A stretch of DNA of 64,000 bases. It comes from Naegleria gruberi (taxonomy: Eukaryota). Location: assembly GCA_000004985.1 (NCBI GenBank), contig GG738893.1. One strand, given 5' to 3'. Position 1 is the first letter of the stretch. Each line of letters opens with the position of its first letter. The notes under the pieces were generated by a model. The model ran no database searches. It worked only from the letters and a program-made list of their open reading frames with translations, and was not told where the DNA came from. Of the stretch, positions 45,829 through 59,366 are shown piece after piece. The position numbers and the translations under genes are program-made.

Positions 45829-47650
45829 ATGAAACAAAGACCAACACCTCAAATTCACGATTTATTGAATTCACCTCCACTAACAATAAAACCCCTCAGA
45901 AAAAGCAATAAATCCCTTGATGAAGATGAGAGGTTGTATCATAGTTATTCCGATAGAAAATTAAGACAAAGCATCGGAAAGACAATGGTTGAACTCAGCA
46001 GCCAGAGCAGGGATGTTTCTTCAAGTACCCAAAAAAGACCATCATCTGCAATGAGTGCAAGCATTGTATCACTTCAAGGACCTACACTTGCATCAACAGG
46101 ACAATTCATAATGACTGATTCTGTTCAGTCAACTAAGGGTTATAAATCCCAAGAGGAAGCCAAAATGGAAGATGAATATATCAAGAACTTACAAAAACAA
46201 ATAGGTTTACTTTCTACAGAGCTTCAGTTGCAAAGAAAGATGAATGATGAAACTGAGAAAAAGCTTCATGAAAAAACTGAACCAATTGAGGATCCAATTC
46301 TTACTATTAAGAAAAAGTTTGCTGAGAAGGATGAAAATTATAATCAATTCATTGAAAAATTCAAACAAGAAATTGCTGATAGAGAATCAAAGGTTTGTTT
46401 AATAGAAATTGCTTCTTAACACTTTGAAGATTGTGAAATTGAAAGAAAAATACAAAAAGTGGAAAGATAAGAATTTGAAAGAACGAGAACATTCCAAGTT
46501 GGAAATTCGTACCCTACATGAGAAGTACGTACCAGAGGTCATTAAATTGGAAAAGCAAATTGATATGGTTAATTTGAGAGTTAAACAAGAAACAAAAGAG
46601 AATGAAAGAAAGAATGATGACATTAAAAGTTTCTTGAAAGAAATTGGAGAAATTTCAAAGAAGGTTGAATTTATTCAAATGCAAAAAGACCAAGCAGAAA
46701 AACAACTTCAACCATTAATGGATGAACTGAATATAGTAAAGAAGGAATTACTAAGTTATAATTCTAATAGAGATAAAGATAAAAACGAGATTGAATCTTT
46801 GAAGGGAAGACTGTCAAAATATGAAAAGGAATGGGAGGATGCTCTTCATAACTTGAAGAAAAAAGATTTGGAGACAAAACAGCTTCAATTAGATAACGAA
46901 CTCGTTGCTACAGAAAGAGACAAACTGAAAGAACAAGTGAAAACTCTTAAGGAGAAAAATAATGAACAAGAAACTCAAATTGCAAAACTCCAGACAAAAT
47001 TAAACGAAACACAATGGGATCTTACAAGAGTAAAGGTTAATTATGAGAATTTGTTCAAAGAGAAAACAAATCAAGAAAAAGAAAATGATAAGGCACAAAC
47101 AGAATATAAGGACAATAAGATCAAATATGAAGAAATGAAAAGACAATTCAAGGAAATTCAAGATAAGTTACAAAAGAAGGAGGAAGAGCTTAAATCTTTC
47201 CTCCACACTCAATTTGAAGCTCTTAAACTTAAAAATTCTCAGCTTGAAGAAGCTCTTAGAGAACTCTCCAAAAAAAATGAAGAAATTAGAATTGATAACA
47301 AGAAGATTCAAGAAGAAAATGATAATCTTCAAAGGAATAACAAATTATTTGAGGATGAAAAAGAGCAATATGAGAAGAATGAAATTCAAAGAAAGATTCT
47401 AATCAAGAAACTCAAAAATCAACTCAAACTAAGTCTTGCAGTACAAAATGTGGACAGACAAAACCTTTCTACATTGATGAATTCAAATGTAAATGTTGCC
47501 CAATCAATCAAACAACTTATGGACATTATGAAAGAAAGCAAAGATATTTTAGCTGAAGAAAAGGAAGCAGAAACAATGCCAAATTCTAAACCTCCAAGAC
47601 CTGAAAGTTCATTTGAAGCCTGGGTTTCCAATGGTAAGAAACAAAGGTAA
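45829..47650 (+). CDS. Long K/E-rich coiled-coil protein of about 600 aa. Two exons, 45829..46392 and 46430..47650, with a 37-nt intron.
   Basis: GTTTGT donor at 46393 and TTTGAAG acceptor ending at 46429. The frame moves from 1 to 2, as expected for a 37-nt intron. Heptad-rich sequence runs throughout. Confidence 0.55.
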
Positions 47651-47743
47651 TTAACTGTGTTTACGGAGGTAATTATTTAAGAGACTCAACACAGTTATCG
47701 AAATTATGGATTAAGAGTATGATTGTAAACTAATCCAAAAAAA

Positions 47744-48526
47744 ATGTCTAGATTGCAAATTAATATAACTGGATTCGGACCATTTGCTGGAGTGAAGGAA
47801 AATCCAACTACTTTGATCATATCAAAATTAAAAGATTGTGAATTTTGCCAAGTTCCTATCACTTATAATATTGTTGAAACATCAATGAAAGGAGTTGATG
47901 AATATTTTGGAAATCAAGATGGAAATTCCGATCTGACTAGAATTTATATTCATTTAGGAGTGAGTGGAAATACAATCATGTATGAAATTGAAGAGAGAGG
48001 AAAAAACGAAAAATCATTTAGAGTTCCTGATGAGCAAGGAGAAGCTCCTCAAAAAGAACCAATTAATAATAATTTATGTATTGATAATTATTTAAATTGT
48101 AAATTAAACGTGGATCAGTTAGTTGAGGAAGTGAATGAACATCTTGAAAATTGTAAAACTCATATTCCACTCTCGGATTTAGTATTAGATTCTGCAAATG
48201 ATAAGATTAAATATTCTCTAATTGTAAAATCTACAAAAGATGCCATTTCAGAACAAGAAGATATCAGAAAATTGGAAGATTATACATCTAATTTGGAAAA
48301 ATGTGTTTCTTTAATAACTAAAAATGGAAGTTTTTGCAAAAAATCAAATAATGCTGGATTATTTATTTGTAATTATTGTTACTATTCATCACTACATCAT
48401 ACTCAACCCAAACATAATTGTTATAGCCTTTTCATTCATGTACCTCCACATGATTTAATTAATATTGATAATCAAATTGAATTTGTAAAGGCTCTTGTCC
48501 ATTGCATTGTCAAACAACTCTCCTAA
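47744..48526 (+). CDS. Pyroglutamyl-peptidase I (pyrrolidone-carboxylate peptidase, family C15).
   Basis: INITGFGPFAGVKENPT (N-terminal PCP motif), GLFICNYCYYSSL (catalytic Cys region) and HVPP (catalytic His). Length 260 aa. Confidence 0.8.
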   Translation: MSRLQINITGFGPFAGVKENPTTLIISKLKDCEFCQVPITYNIVETSMKGVDEYFGNQDGNSDLTRIYIHLGVSGNTIMYEIEERGKNEKSFRVPDEQGEAPQKEPINNNLCIDNYLNCKLNVDQLVEEVNEHLENCKTHIPLSDLVLDSANDKIKYSLIVKSTKDAISEQEDIRKLEDYTSNLEKCVSLITKNGSFCKKSNNAGLFICNYCYYSSLHHTQPKHNCYSLFIHVPPHDLINIDNQIEFVKALVHCIVKQLS

Positions 48527-48681
48527 TCGTCTCGAACAAATGTATAATACCCTACCTAATATTATCGTTTCTATTATTCCACCAGCCTTGTTATCATCAC
48601 ATGACAATTCATTATTTAATAAAAATTAAAAAACAATTAAAAAATTCCTAAAGTCTTTTTAGTCTTCATCATAAATGAAAG

Positions 48682-50545
48682 ATGCATCAGCAGTCGAATA
48701 ACAACCATTCACAGCAGCCAACGATCAATCAAACAAGTGGCGGCTCTGGTCATCAACAAAATAAGAAGAAGAATAGATTTGAATCATCAGGTGGTCCTAG
48801 ATTTACAAATGTTGTAGTTACTACAAGTCCTGCTTTTTATTCATTAAATCATCCTTCAAATACTACATCATCATCATCCAATCAACAACAACAAGGAGTT
48901 GGTTCATCAAATGGAGGAAATTCCCTCATGATGACTGGTGGTAATTCTTCTGTTTTATCATCAAGTGGTTCCAATAATAATAATAGCAGCAATACAATGA
49001 ACAATAATCAACCTAAAAGCAAGCCTTATAAAAGTCTTGTCTCTAAACCCGTTGTTCAAATCAAAGGAACACCACAAATATTGGCAAAGAAACCAAGTAC
49101 AGCTGAATCATCATCAAATTTATCTAATAATAATACTATCAGCAACACTCCTGTTGGCAATACACCAAATCAACCTACTATACTACAAAAGAATCCATCA
49201 GAGCCTTCCTCTAGAAGAATTAATCAACATTTACAACCAGAAATTAGTCAAAACTTTACCAGTGGTTCATCACCAACTACTCTAAATACTGGTAGTTTAC
49301 CTCTTACAACTGTAAAATCATCATTGGATGAAAATATTAACAAGCAAGACTCTCCACAAACAACAAATGGTTCTTCTAATGTTGAAAAGAAGAAGGCTTC
49401 TATTGAAATGGTTCCATTGTCTTTTGATAAAAAGTGCTTGAATTTAATTCAAGAAAATTCATCTGGAATGTATAATACAATCCTTGAACTTCAATCAAAT
49501 CAAAACTTACAAGCCATGTCAAATTTATTTCCTAATGATAAGCAAGTTTCTACAGAAAGTAATAATTATTCTGTTATCGGAGTTATTGGAAAACAAGGAA
49601 GTGGAAAATCTAAAATTTTAAACTCATTGATTGGAAGTGGAGCTGAAATTTTCCCACAAGAAGATTTGGAATGTTTTTTGGATTGCAAATACAAAACTAG
49701 TGGTATTGATATCTATAGAACATCAGAACAACAAATCTTTATCGACACTCAACCATTATTTTCATCACAAATTCAACATTCCTTTAATGGAATGAGTATG
49801 AATTCTCTTATGAAACCATTTGAAACATCAGTTGAAGCTGTATCAATTGCTGCCTTGGAAAGTTTTATTGATATTACAAGTTTACAAATTGCATTGTTTG
49901 TATTTAGTGTTTGTCATGTTGTACTTGTAGTAGTTGATCATCAAGCAGATTCACTTGAACAATTTAAAATGTATCAATTCATTCAAACTATTAGAATGTT
50001 ACAACAAGGTGTTCCAACAATTTCACAATGTGGAAAGAGTTCTTCTCAACAAAAACCAACTCTAGAAGGTCATGTTCCAGAAGTTATTTTTGTTTACAAT
50101 AAGGTTAGCCCAACAGATATGAGTGAATTGAATATTAAACATACAGAAAGTTTATTGGAAAGCTACTTTACAAGTACAAGCTTTAGAAAGAATGGATTTA
50201 TTCATCCACATATGTGGCACCATCAATTTAAGAAGAATGACATTGTCAATTTCTTTATGATTCCAATGGAATCTTCAAAGGTACGAATTTTAACAATTGT
50301 GTTATTAATAATTCATCTCTCAATATTTCATTAATATTAAATTAATATAGATTAAGGATGAATACAAGGATTCTATCAATTTATTAAGAAAAGGAATTCA
50401 AAATATGCCAAAACCAAACTTGAAGAAAATGTCTCAAAATGAATGGTTTGGAAATTCTGTTAGAAACTTTGAAGTTATCAAAAAGAGTTACTTTTTACAA
50501 GAATATATTAGAAAGATTACAAGTAGCATGTCCATTCACAATTAG
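48682..50545 (+). CDS. P-loop NTPase-domain protein with a Q/N/S-rich N-terminal region (SMG9-like arrangement; family assignment tentative). Two exons, 48682..50280 and 50351..50545.
   Basis: Walker A VIGVIGKQGSGKSKILNSLIG. GTACGA donor at 50281 and ATATAG acceptor ending at 50350 (70-nt intron). The frame moves from 1 to 2. Confidence 0.45.
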
Positions 50546-50822
50546 GAAAACAATATTGATTTATTGAAAAAACAATTGAACACATTTGAGTATTACAAAA
50601 CATTTTGATTTTTGAAAATTGAAGAATTGAAAAATTCAACAAATTAAAATCACAATTTGAAACTCACAATTTATACATGTGAAGAATAAACATTTTATGG
50701 AAGAACCTAATTCATGTTTTTTCAAGTTGCATTGTCCATATCATTAAATGATACTAAAAAGGCATGAAAATATCAAATGACCTTTCGAATAAAAAATTAA
50801 GTGATTCTTTCATAATTGAAAT

Positions 50823-53131
50823 GTGATTCTACTTGAAAAAAAAATGTCATTTCATCACAACAATGATGGGAGAGATCCGACCAATCATCACCATCCAGAA
50901 AAACAAGAGCAACCAACATCAACATCATCATCATCTCGACTACGCCAAGAAATTCCATCACTAAACTTAACTGAAATTAATAATATTTTTCCAACAACAT
51001 TAACAACAATAACGGAAAACAGTACAATTCATCAATTATCAATAACAAGTTCTGACAATAACAGTTTTGAAGAACCATCAACATCAACTACAACATTAAA
51101 TAGTTGTTCTAATAATAATAATAATATTTCTAATAATAGTAATTCTGATAATAATAATGAAAATATAAATTATAAAGAATTATATGAAAAGGAAGTTGAA
51201 AAGAATAAATTATTAACAACTCAACTTGCTATAATAAATTTACAAAAACAAGATGAATTTGAAATTATTAAAATTATTGAAAATGAATTAAATGATAAAA
51301 TTAATTTAAATTTTATTAAATTTAAATTAAATCAATTAAAAAATTTAAATCAAGAACAAGTATTTACAAATGATTCAATTTTAAACGATTATTCTAAACA
51401 TGAATTAACTAAATTTGAAAATGAAATTTATAAATCTATTGATAAACATCCAATTATAGAAAAAATGACAAAATTAGAAAGTGAAATTAATTTTTTAAAA
51501 TATTCATTAAAATATTCAAATAATTGTTCATCATGTACTGAAAAACAAGAATATTCAGCTAAAATAATACAAAAAGCATTTCGTTCATTTCGTATAAGAA
51601 ATCGAATGAAAATAATTTTTCCCAAATATGACATTATTTCACAACGTAATTCACTAATTAGTGAAATAGTTCAAACAGAACAAACCTATGTTAAATCTTT
51701 AACACTAGTTCAAAGACTATATATAGATCCATTAAAAAATTCAGATTTAACAGATACAATGAGATTTAATTTAACAATTTCACAAATTCAAAAAATATTT
51801 AATAATTTATCAACAATTTTATCAATGCATCGAATTTTCTTGATAAATTTAGAACAAAAATTGAAAGAATGGCCAAATGTTTTTATTGGTGAAAGTTTTA
51901 TGAATCAATCTTTCTTTTTCCTTTTTTATGTTGAATATATAAATGGTTATAATGAATCTTCAAATACTTTGAGAGAATTGAGATTGAAAAATAGGGAATT
52001 TTTAACATTTTTAAATGAAACTAAAAAACATAAGGAATGTAAAGGTTTATCACTTGAATCTTTTTTAATTTTACCAATTCAAAGGTTTGTTTTTTTTTAA
52101 ATACTTTCATTACAATAATATTTAAATACTAACATTACAATAATATTACAATAATATTTAAATACTTTTATTACAATAATATTAAAATAGATTACCAAGA
52201 TATAAATTACTATTAAAAGGAGTATTGAAACATACATTACCTGATCATACAGATTATCAAAATTTAAAATCTGCCTATAATAGAATAAGTGCCATCAATA
52301 ATGCAATTAATTCTAAAAAGAAGGAACATGAAACTTATTTAATTATCAACAAAATGTTCAATGAAATGAAAATATTTTCAGTTCAACAAGATTATCATTT
52401 GTAAAGTATANNNNNNNNNNNNNNNNNNNNNNNNNNNNNNNNNNNNNNNNNNNNNNNNNNNNNNNNNNNNNNNNNNNNNNNNNNNNNNNNNNNNNNNNNN
52501 NNNNNNNNNNNNNNNNNNNNNNNNNNNNNNNNNNNNNNNNNNNNNNNNNNNNNNNNNNNNNNNNNNNNNNNNNNNNNNNNNNNNNNNNNNNNNNNNNNNN
52601 NNNNNNNNNNNNNNNNNNNNNNNNNNNNNNNNNNNNNNNNNNNNNNNNNNNNNNNNNNNNNNNNNNNNNNNNNNNNNNNNNNNNNNNNNNNNNNNNNNNN
52701 NNNNNNNNNNNNNNNNNNNNNNNNNNNNNNNNNNNNNNNNNNNTTATATTGAACAGGAGGGTGTTATTCATGCTTTATCATTTGAGAGAGAATCACCAAT
52801 TGCCAATACTCACATTGATTGGTCAAAGAAACTCTACAAACAACTTCATTTAACTAAGGAAGATGAACAAATTAATAATGTTAAACAATTTGAAATGAGA
52901 GAAATTTTGAGAATTTGTGATCAGGTATTTCACAAATTTAGTACAACCTCCTCATTGAACAAATTGGAATCAACAGTTTTTGAAGAACCTTCACCTAGAA
53001 ATTCAATGATGAAAACTCTTTCATTCCTCAAGAAATCACCTTCACTCACTGCTGTTAAACATACAGAAGATGAAGAACATGAAGTTAAGAAATTAATTGA
53101 TACCATACAAGTTAATACTGAACATTTTTAA
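50823..53131 (+). CDS. Rho guanine-nucleotide exchange factor (IQ motif + DH domain + probable PH domain). The gene spans the assembly gap and has at least one intron (about 52087..52198).
   Basis: The N-terminus is N/S-rich. The IQ-like motif is AKIIQKAFRSFRIRNRMK. The DH domain starts LISEIVQTEQTYVKSLTLVQRLYIDPL. The end of the DH domain continues after the intron as LPIQR|ITKIKLLLKGVLKHTLPDHTDYQNLKSAYNRI, the classic PRYxLLLKELLKHT. The downstream ORF after the gap (52744..53131) is in the same orientation. Confidence 0.6.
52391..52743. other. Assembly gap (353 N).
   Basis: Run of n characters. It interrupts the RhoGEF gene. Confidence 0.99.
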
Positions 53132-53231
53132 CTAATTCAATTGAATTAAAAGATTATTTAATAAAATAATTTTAAATTTATTTATTTCAAAAAAACATAA
53201 AATATTCTCAATATTCTCAATATTATTATTA

Positions 53232-55870
53232 TTAAATAGTCAATTTCATTTCATTAATTTCTTGTTCACGTTGTTCCTTCAAACCATGAATTGATTCCAA
53301 AGCAAAAGGTGGGAAATAAGCATAACTAAATTTATCTTGTAATTGATTATTAAAAATTGATAATTCCTCATCTTGACTATAAAAAGTGGAATGAATTAAT
53401 TGATTATTATTTGAATCTAATGGATTAAATTTAGTCTTGTAATGAATATTCCAATATAAAGCATAAACAATTGATAAAATTAATAATAAACACATTAAAA
53501 ATAAATGAATAAAAGTAACATCTCCTGATTTGGCAAAGAATAACATGACATAAAATTGAGCAAATATTATACAAAAGAATGTCATTTGTACAATTAATTT
53601 GTTACGTTCTCTATAGGAAGTAATATCAGGTGATAATTTGTAACGTGCTTTATCATTTTTAGAACATAATCTTGAAATATTATATCTATCAATTAAATGT
53701 TTTACAATAAAATAGAAAAATCCAATTGGTAAAATTAATGGAACAAAAACTGAAAATGTTAAAATAATTCCAAAGAATGCAATCATATAACCATATTCTA
53801 ATGGTAAATCAAATTCACTAATTTTAGTTGCATTTTCCTTTTCCTCTTCAGTTACACTTTTAAATCTCAAATAAAAATAAATAATTAAATCTTTTAATCT
53901 AATCATATCAACAAAACATCCTAATAAAGAATATTGAATTGTATAATTAATAAAGAATGCACCTGATTGTGGTAAAAATAAATAATCAAATAAAGCTTGC
54001 CAATTTGAATCACCTGATCCACTAACTGAATGACTAAATTGTTCAAAATATCTAATAACACCATCTAATGAAGTTAATAATAAAACTGGAAGTATTAATG
54101 TTGATAAAACAACATAAATAAATAATCTTAATAAATAAACACTTGATTCTTCTGAATAGGATTTATATTTTTCAAATCTAGTTAATAGTGGTATAATCAT
54201 TGGTAATAATTGTGCAATAATAAATAATAATAATGTTGGTAAATAGTGAAATAAAATATCACCTGTATATCCACTTGCTTCTTTAATTTGATTAAATGCT
54301 TTAGCTGCTTGTGGAATACGATTAGCAATTGATTGAATAGATGAAACAATTGCCAATGGACTTGTAAAAAATAATAAGAAAAATACTAATAGTAAATTTA
54401 CAATTGCAACTCTAAATGTTCTTTGATTTTTAGATAATGAAAAATTTGACCAATTTAAATCTTGTGGTTCAAATGTTTTCTTTTCAATACGAAATTCAAT
54501 TAAATCATTTGAATCATTTGAATCATTGATACAAGTAGTAGTAGTATATTAGTAGTAGGAGTAGTATTATCATTCATCATATTATTATTCAATTTAAATA
54601 ATTTTAAACCAGTTTCATCCATTGCTTTACATTTAGATGCATCTTGAATTGATTTAAAAATAACATGTCCATATCCAGTTGATTTTGGTTGATTTTTAAA
54701 AGTTTCTTCCCATTCCATAATTAAATGTTCTAATTTTACTTTCTTTTCATTCCAATAATTTAAAGCATCAACTCTTTCAATAATTTTAGAACAACATTTA
54801 CCTTTTTTGGATGATTCGAATAATTTAATTAATTTAACATGTTTGTTTGTTTGATTTTGAACATATTCATAATGTTTAATTTGTTCAATTGAATTTTCAA
54901 AAGATTCTTGTAATTCAATTCTTTCACTTGTATCATGAATTAAACGACATGAATAAATGTTTAAATTTGGAAATATAGATTCAACTGATTTTCTAAATTT
55001 AGTATTATCAGTAATTTGAATTGGAATATCTTTTAATAAAACACTATAATTACTAATCATATTTAAAGTACTATTTGAATCATTTTCAAATCCATCCATA
55101 TTTATATATTGATTAACAAATTTAGAATTAACAAATCTATACATTAAATAAAATATTAAAATTGAAAATAAATAAAATAAAATAACATGTGCATATAATC
55201 TATCTGTTAATGATAATACCATATTAACACTTGTCTTGTATAAAAATGAATCAGTTTCAATATTTGTACTATTTTGATTCTTTGAAATTACATTTAAATT
55301 ATTCATTGTATTAGAATTACTAATTTGTCCTGTTAAATGTAATGGTAATAATACTGATAATCCAATTAATGTAAATAATCCTGTAAATAATATCATTTGA
55401 TGTGAATACCATAAATAAACACTAACTTCATGTCCATACAATTTACCAATTCTTTCATATTCACTTTCAAATATTAAAAATTGATAAATTCTTTTAAAGA
55501 ATCTTTTAAATACATTTCTTTCATTCTTATCATCATTTATATTAGTATTACCACTTCCAATATTATTATTAGTATTATTAATATTAAAATTATTATTGGA
55601 TGATGATGATTTTTTACGTTTCCATAAACGTAAATTTCTCAAACAACAAAATAAAATCAACAAGCCTAAAACAAAAACACAACCATCAAGAATTAAAATA
55701 AAACTAACACCGGAATGATTAGTTTGTAATTGTAAAGCATAATTAGTTTCATTGATACTTGATGATGATGCTGATGCACCACCACCATCGGCACCAATGG
55801 CCAATAATGATGATGATAAAATACCACCGCCACCAACAGCTATTGGTGATGACGTCATTTTAATGATCAA
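53232..55870 (-). CDS. OSCA/TMEM63/CSC1-family mechanosensitive (calcium-permeable) channel. An apparent frameshift or short intron lies at about 54360-54560 inside an ACT/AAT repeat.
   Basis: 54500..55870 encodes N-terminal TM helices plus a cytosolic domain (YLWYSHQMILFTGLFTLIGLSVLLPL, RLYAHVILFYLF). 53232..54356 encodes the 7TM C-terminal block (RSN1_7TM-like: LLPMIIPLLTRFE, YLLRLFIYVVL, FFINYTIQYSLLGC). The two ORFs are collinear. Confidence 0.65.
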
Positions 55871-56934
55871 ATTTGTTGTGTCTAGTCTTCAAGTAATTAT
55901 ATTAGTGCAAACTTTAATGATGATCAAAAAAGCAGGCAGTGGAGAAGGAGGATCAGTTATATTACTACTGCTTCTTTGATTATTTTTTTGTTAATGATAT
56001 TGATGATTGTGGATGAATATGATAATTGCGTTTGTAATTTTTGAAATTAGTTTTTGAGAACTACAGTTTAGTTTCGAACTGTAGATGAAATTTTCGAATA
56101 ACTGTAGTTCAAATGTATAAAATTTCAAGTTACTACATGTTTTGTAAGAATGTAATGGACTCCATTCACTCAACCTGCAAAATCATAACCATTCTATAAA
56201 AGTACAAATTTAAGATTGTAGGCTCTCTATTGCAATGTTCTGCATTTCTACATTTTCATCCAATTAAATATCAAAAGACTCTAACGCATTCCATTGTCCG
56301 CTCAATTACTCCAACACTAACTATTGAGGACACCCCAAATATTCCCAATTTAGTAGAACTCTTTCTCCAGTAACAATGCAACATGATGAACTCAATTATT
56401 GTGCGTGATGATGTATTTTAAACATGTACTGTTTGTAGCATCAAGAGAGGAACATTGTTTCATATGAATGGACAACGGAATTGCATCATTATGAACCATC
56501 ATTATAAAATCTTTCCATCTTGCTGATTCGCAAAATATCTTAGTTATATCTTCTCAGTCACTATATTGATTACCAACATTAAAATTTTCCTTAAATATTT
56601 TCCATCTTGTTGTGGAGAGAAAGAGCGATGGGTGGTAGCTAGGCTTGGGTTGGTTGCATTGTTTTTTTGGCTATGTGTTGAGGATGGTTGAAAACGTAAC
56701 AAGCCTTGTTGAAAATCTTCAAAAAAAAAGAAACAACAACTACCCACTCACAACAATAGAGTTACTGCTATTGAACATAACCAGTTGCACTTTTGGTAAT
56801 TTTTTAAATCCTCATTTGTACATATTTACGAATAGACATATTGGGGAAGGACCATTTTGCATTTCACTTAGTAAATACAACAACACTGCAACACTAATTA
56901 TAATACATCTATATATTGAATATTTTGAATAAGA

Positions 56935-59315
56935 ATGAGAATATTATCGAGGTGGTCACCTTATTATTATCAATCAAATGATAAACCTAAATATAAAGTT
57001 AATGGACATTGGATGTTAATTAAAACAATAGTATTAATACTATTATCTATATCAATATATTATATTACAAAACATTTTATAATAGATTCAAATCAATCAA
57101 CAATTACTGGAAATACATTAACTACTGAAAACAATTATTATTCATCATTAACACATCATACACAATTTCATTCACAATATATGAATGAAACTATTACAGA
57201 AAATGAACCATCATCGAATGATAATACTAAAATTTGTAATTTAATTGCAAGTTATGAATTGGATCAATGTCAATTTGCTATGGATAATTGTAATGCACCA
57301 ATGGGTGGATTTTTAAATTATATTTTTATTAGATATTGTACTTTTAAACAGTTAGAACCTTTATTTTATATTTGTTCTTTATTTTGGGTTATTTTCTTAT
57401 TTTACATGTTAACATGTAAGTTTATATATATACTAGTATTTAAATTGAGTATTTTATGTTAAATATTATTGGAATTACTATATATATAGCAACTGCTGAG
57501 GATTTCTTTTGTCCAAGTTTAGCTGAAATTTCAAGAATATTAAGATTACCACCAGATGTTGCTGGTGTTACTTTCCTAGCCTTGGGAAATTCATCACCAG
57601 GTATGTTTTTAATTAATACTATTAATAACTTTACACTTAATGATTTAACTATTATTAAATATATAGATATATTTTCTATATTAGCAGGTATATTTTCTGG
57701 ATCATCTGGATTTGGATTAGGTGAACCAATTGGAAGTGGATTTGTTTGTGTTTCAGTTTTAATTGCAATTGTTTCATTTGTAGTTAAAGATGCAACAGTT
57801 TCAGCATTTCCATTTTTGAGAGATGTTATTACTTATTTAATTGGTGTTTTATTTGTATTTTTAATTGTTATATTTCAGGGTTCAATTAATTTATGGCAAA
57901 GTATTACATTTCTAGTTATTTACTTTTTATATGTTTCATTTGTAATTGGTTGTAAATTTTACAATGATTACAAAAATAGAAAGAAGAAAAATCAACAAGA
58001 AGATCAACAAGATAAAGATGATGCAAACGAGGAAGAAGAAGAATCTAATTCAAGTGGATGGTTAGAAGGAAAGAAACCAATATTACAATGTAAGAATATT
58101 GATGAAATTCCTGAAAATGTTAAAAAACAATTGAAATCCAAATTGTTTTATGGAGCTGTTTATAATCCTAAATTTGGAGTTGCTTATTTATCTAATGAAC
58201 CTATTAATACTATTCCAAAAGGATGTTGTACTGAAAGGACACCTCTCAATAGAAAATCATCTTTACAAGAAGAAGATAATTCTATTAATAATATTGAAAT
58301 GAATGGATCAATTATCATTGAAAATCACTTTACAATTAATACATCATCAAATGATAATCAAGATTTGATTCACTGTCATGAACATGATCATCATCATTTC
58401 AGATTTTCATCATTTAAAGAAATAATTTCAACTAAATATCAAGAATTTATTGAATGGATTGAGTGGAATGAAAAATCCAAATTAGATAAGATATTCTTTA
58501 TAATAGAAGCACCTTCAATTCTAGCTAGAAATTTAACAATTCCAAAGGCAGATCCAAATGATTGGAGTAAATTATTTGCCATTCTATGTCCAATATTCAT
58601 TCCACCATTTACTTTATTTACAATTGGATATATTTCATTGAATATTCCAGGTAGTGAATTTCCAATTTGGGTATTAGGATCAATGTGTGGTTTATTCATT
58701 TCAATTTTAATTCATTTTACATCAAAGAAATGTAGAAAACCATTTTATCACATAATATTTGTAATTAGTTCATTCATCATGTCAATTTTATGGATTTTTA
58801 CAATTGCCAATGAATTGGTGAATGTTTTAAATTCATTTGGTATTTTATGGAGTATTAGTGATTCTGTATTATCTATTGTTTTATCAATTGGTAATACCTT
58901 CTCAGATATGGCTGCTGATTTGGCTGGTATGTTTATTTTTTTTAATACTTTTTTAACATGTTTACAATATTTTACAATATTTAACAATACTATTTAAATA
59001 GTTGCAAGACAAGGTTATGTTGAAATGGCAGTTGCTGCTGCATATGCAGCACAAGGAATGAGTTTATTAATTGGATTAGGTATTGCTACAACTGCTAATT
59101 TTGTCATGACTCGTAAACCATTTGAAATTGAATTTTCACCAACTTTAATTGTTACTTTTATATTTTTATTGGCAACTTTAATTTCATCTTTAATTGTTAT
59201 TCCAATTGCCAAATTTAAAGCTCCTAAAATATTTGGATTATTTTTATTGACTATATATCTTGTATATTTGGTTATTACAATATTAATTGAATTTAAAATT
59301 TTATTAAATCATTAA
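56935..59315 (+). CDS. Cation/Ca2+ exchanger of the CaCA superfamily (CCX/NCLX/NCKX-like), with at least 4 exons.
   Basis: Alpha-1 repeat GVTFLALGNSSP after a 70-nt intron (57423..57492). A second intron lies at 57600..57684. Alpha-2 repeat SIVLSIGNTFSDMAADLA, then the intron 58925..59005 (GTATGT...AATAG). The final exon has the terminal TM helices and ends at 59315. Confidence 0.65.
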
Positions 59316-59366
59316 AATTTAATTTATTTTTATTTATTTATTAATTTAAATTGTTTTTATTTTACA

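Noticed and set aside
52358-52771. Six-frame ORF translated as poly-X across the N-run.
   Set aside because: It is an artefact of translating the 353-N assembly gap and is not a gene.
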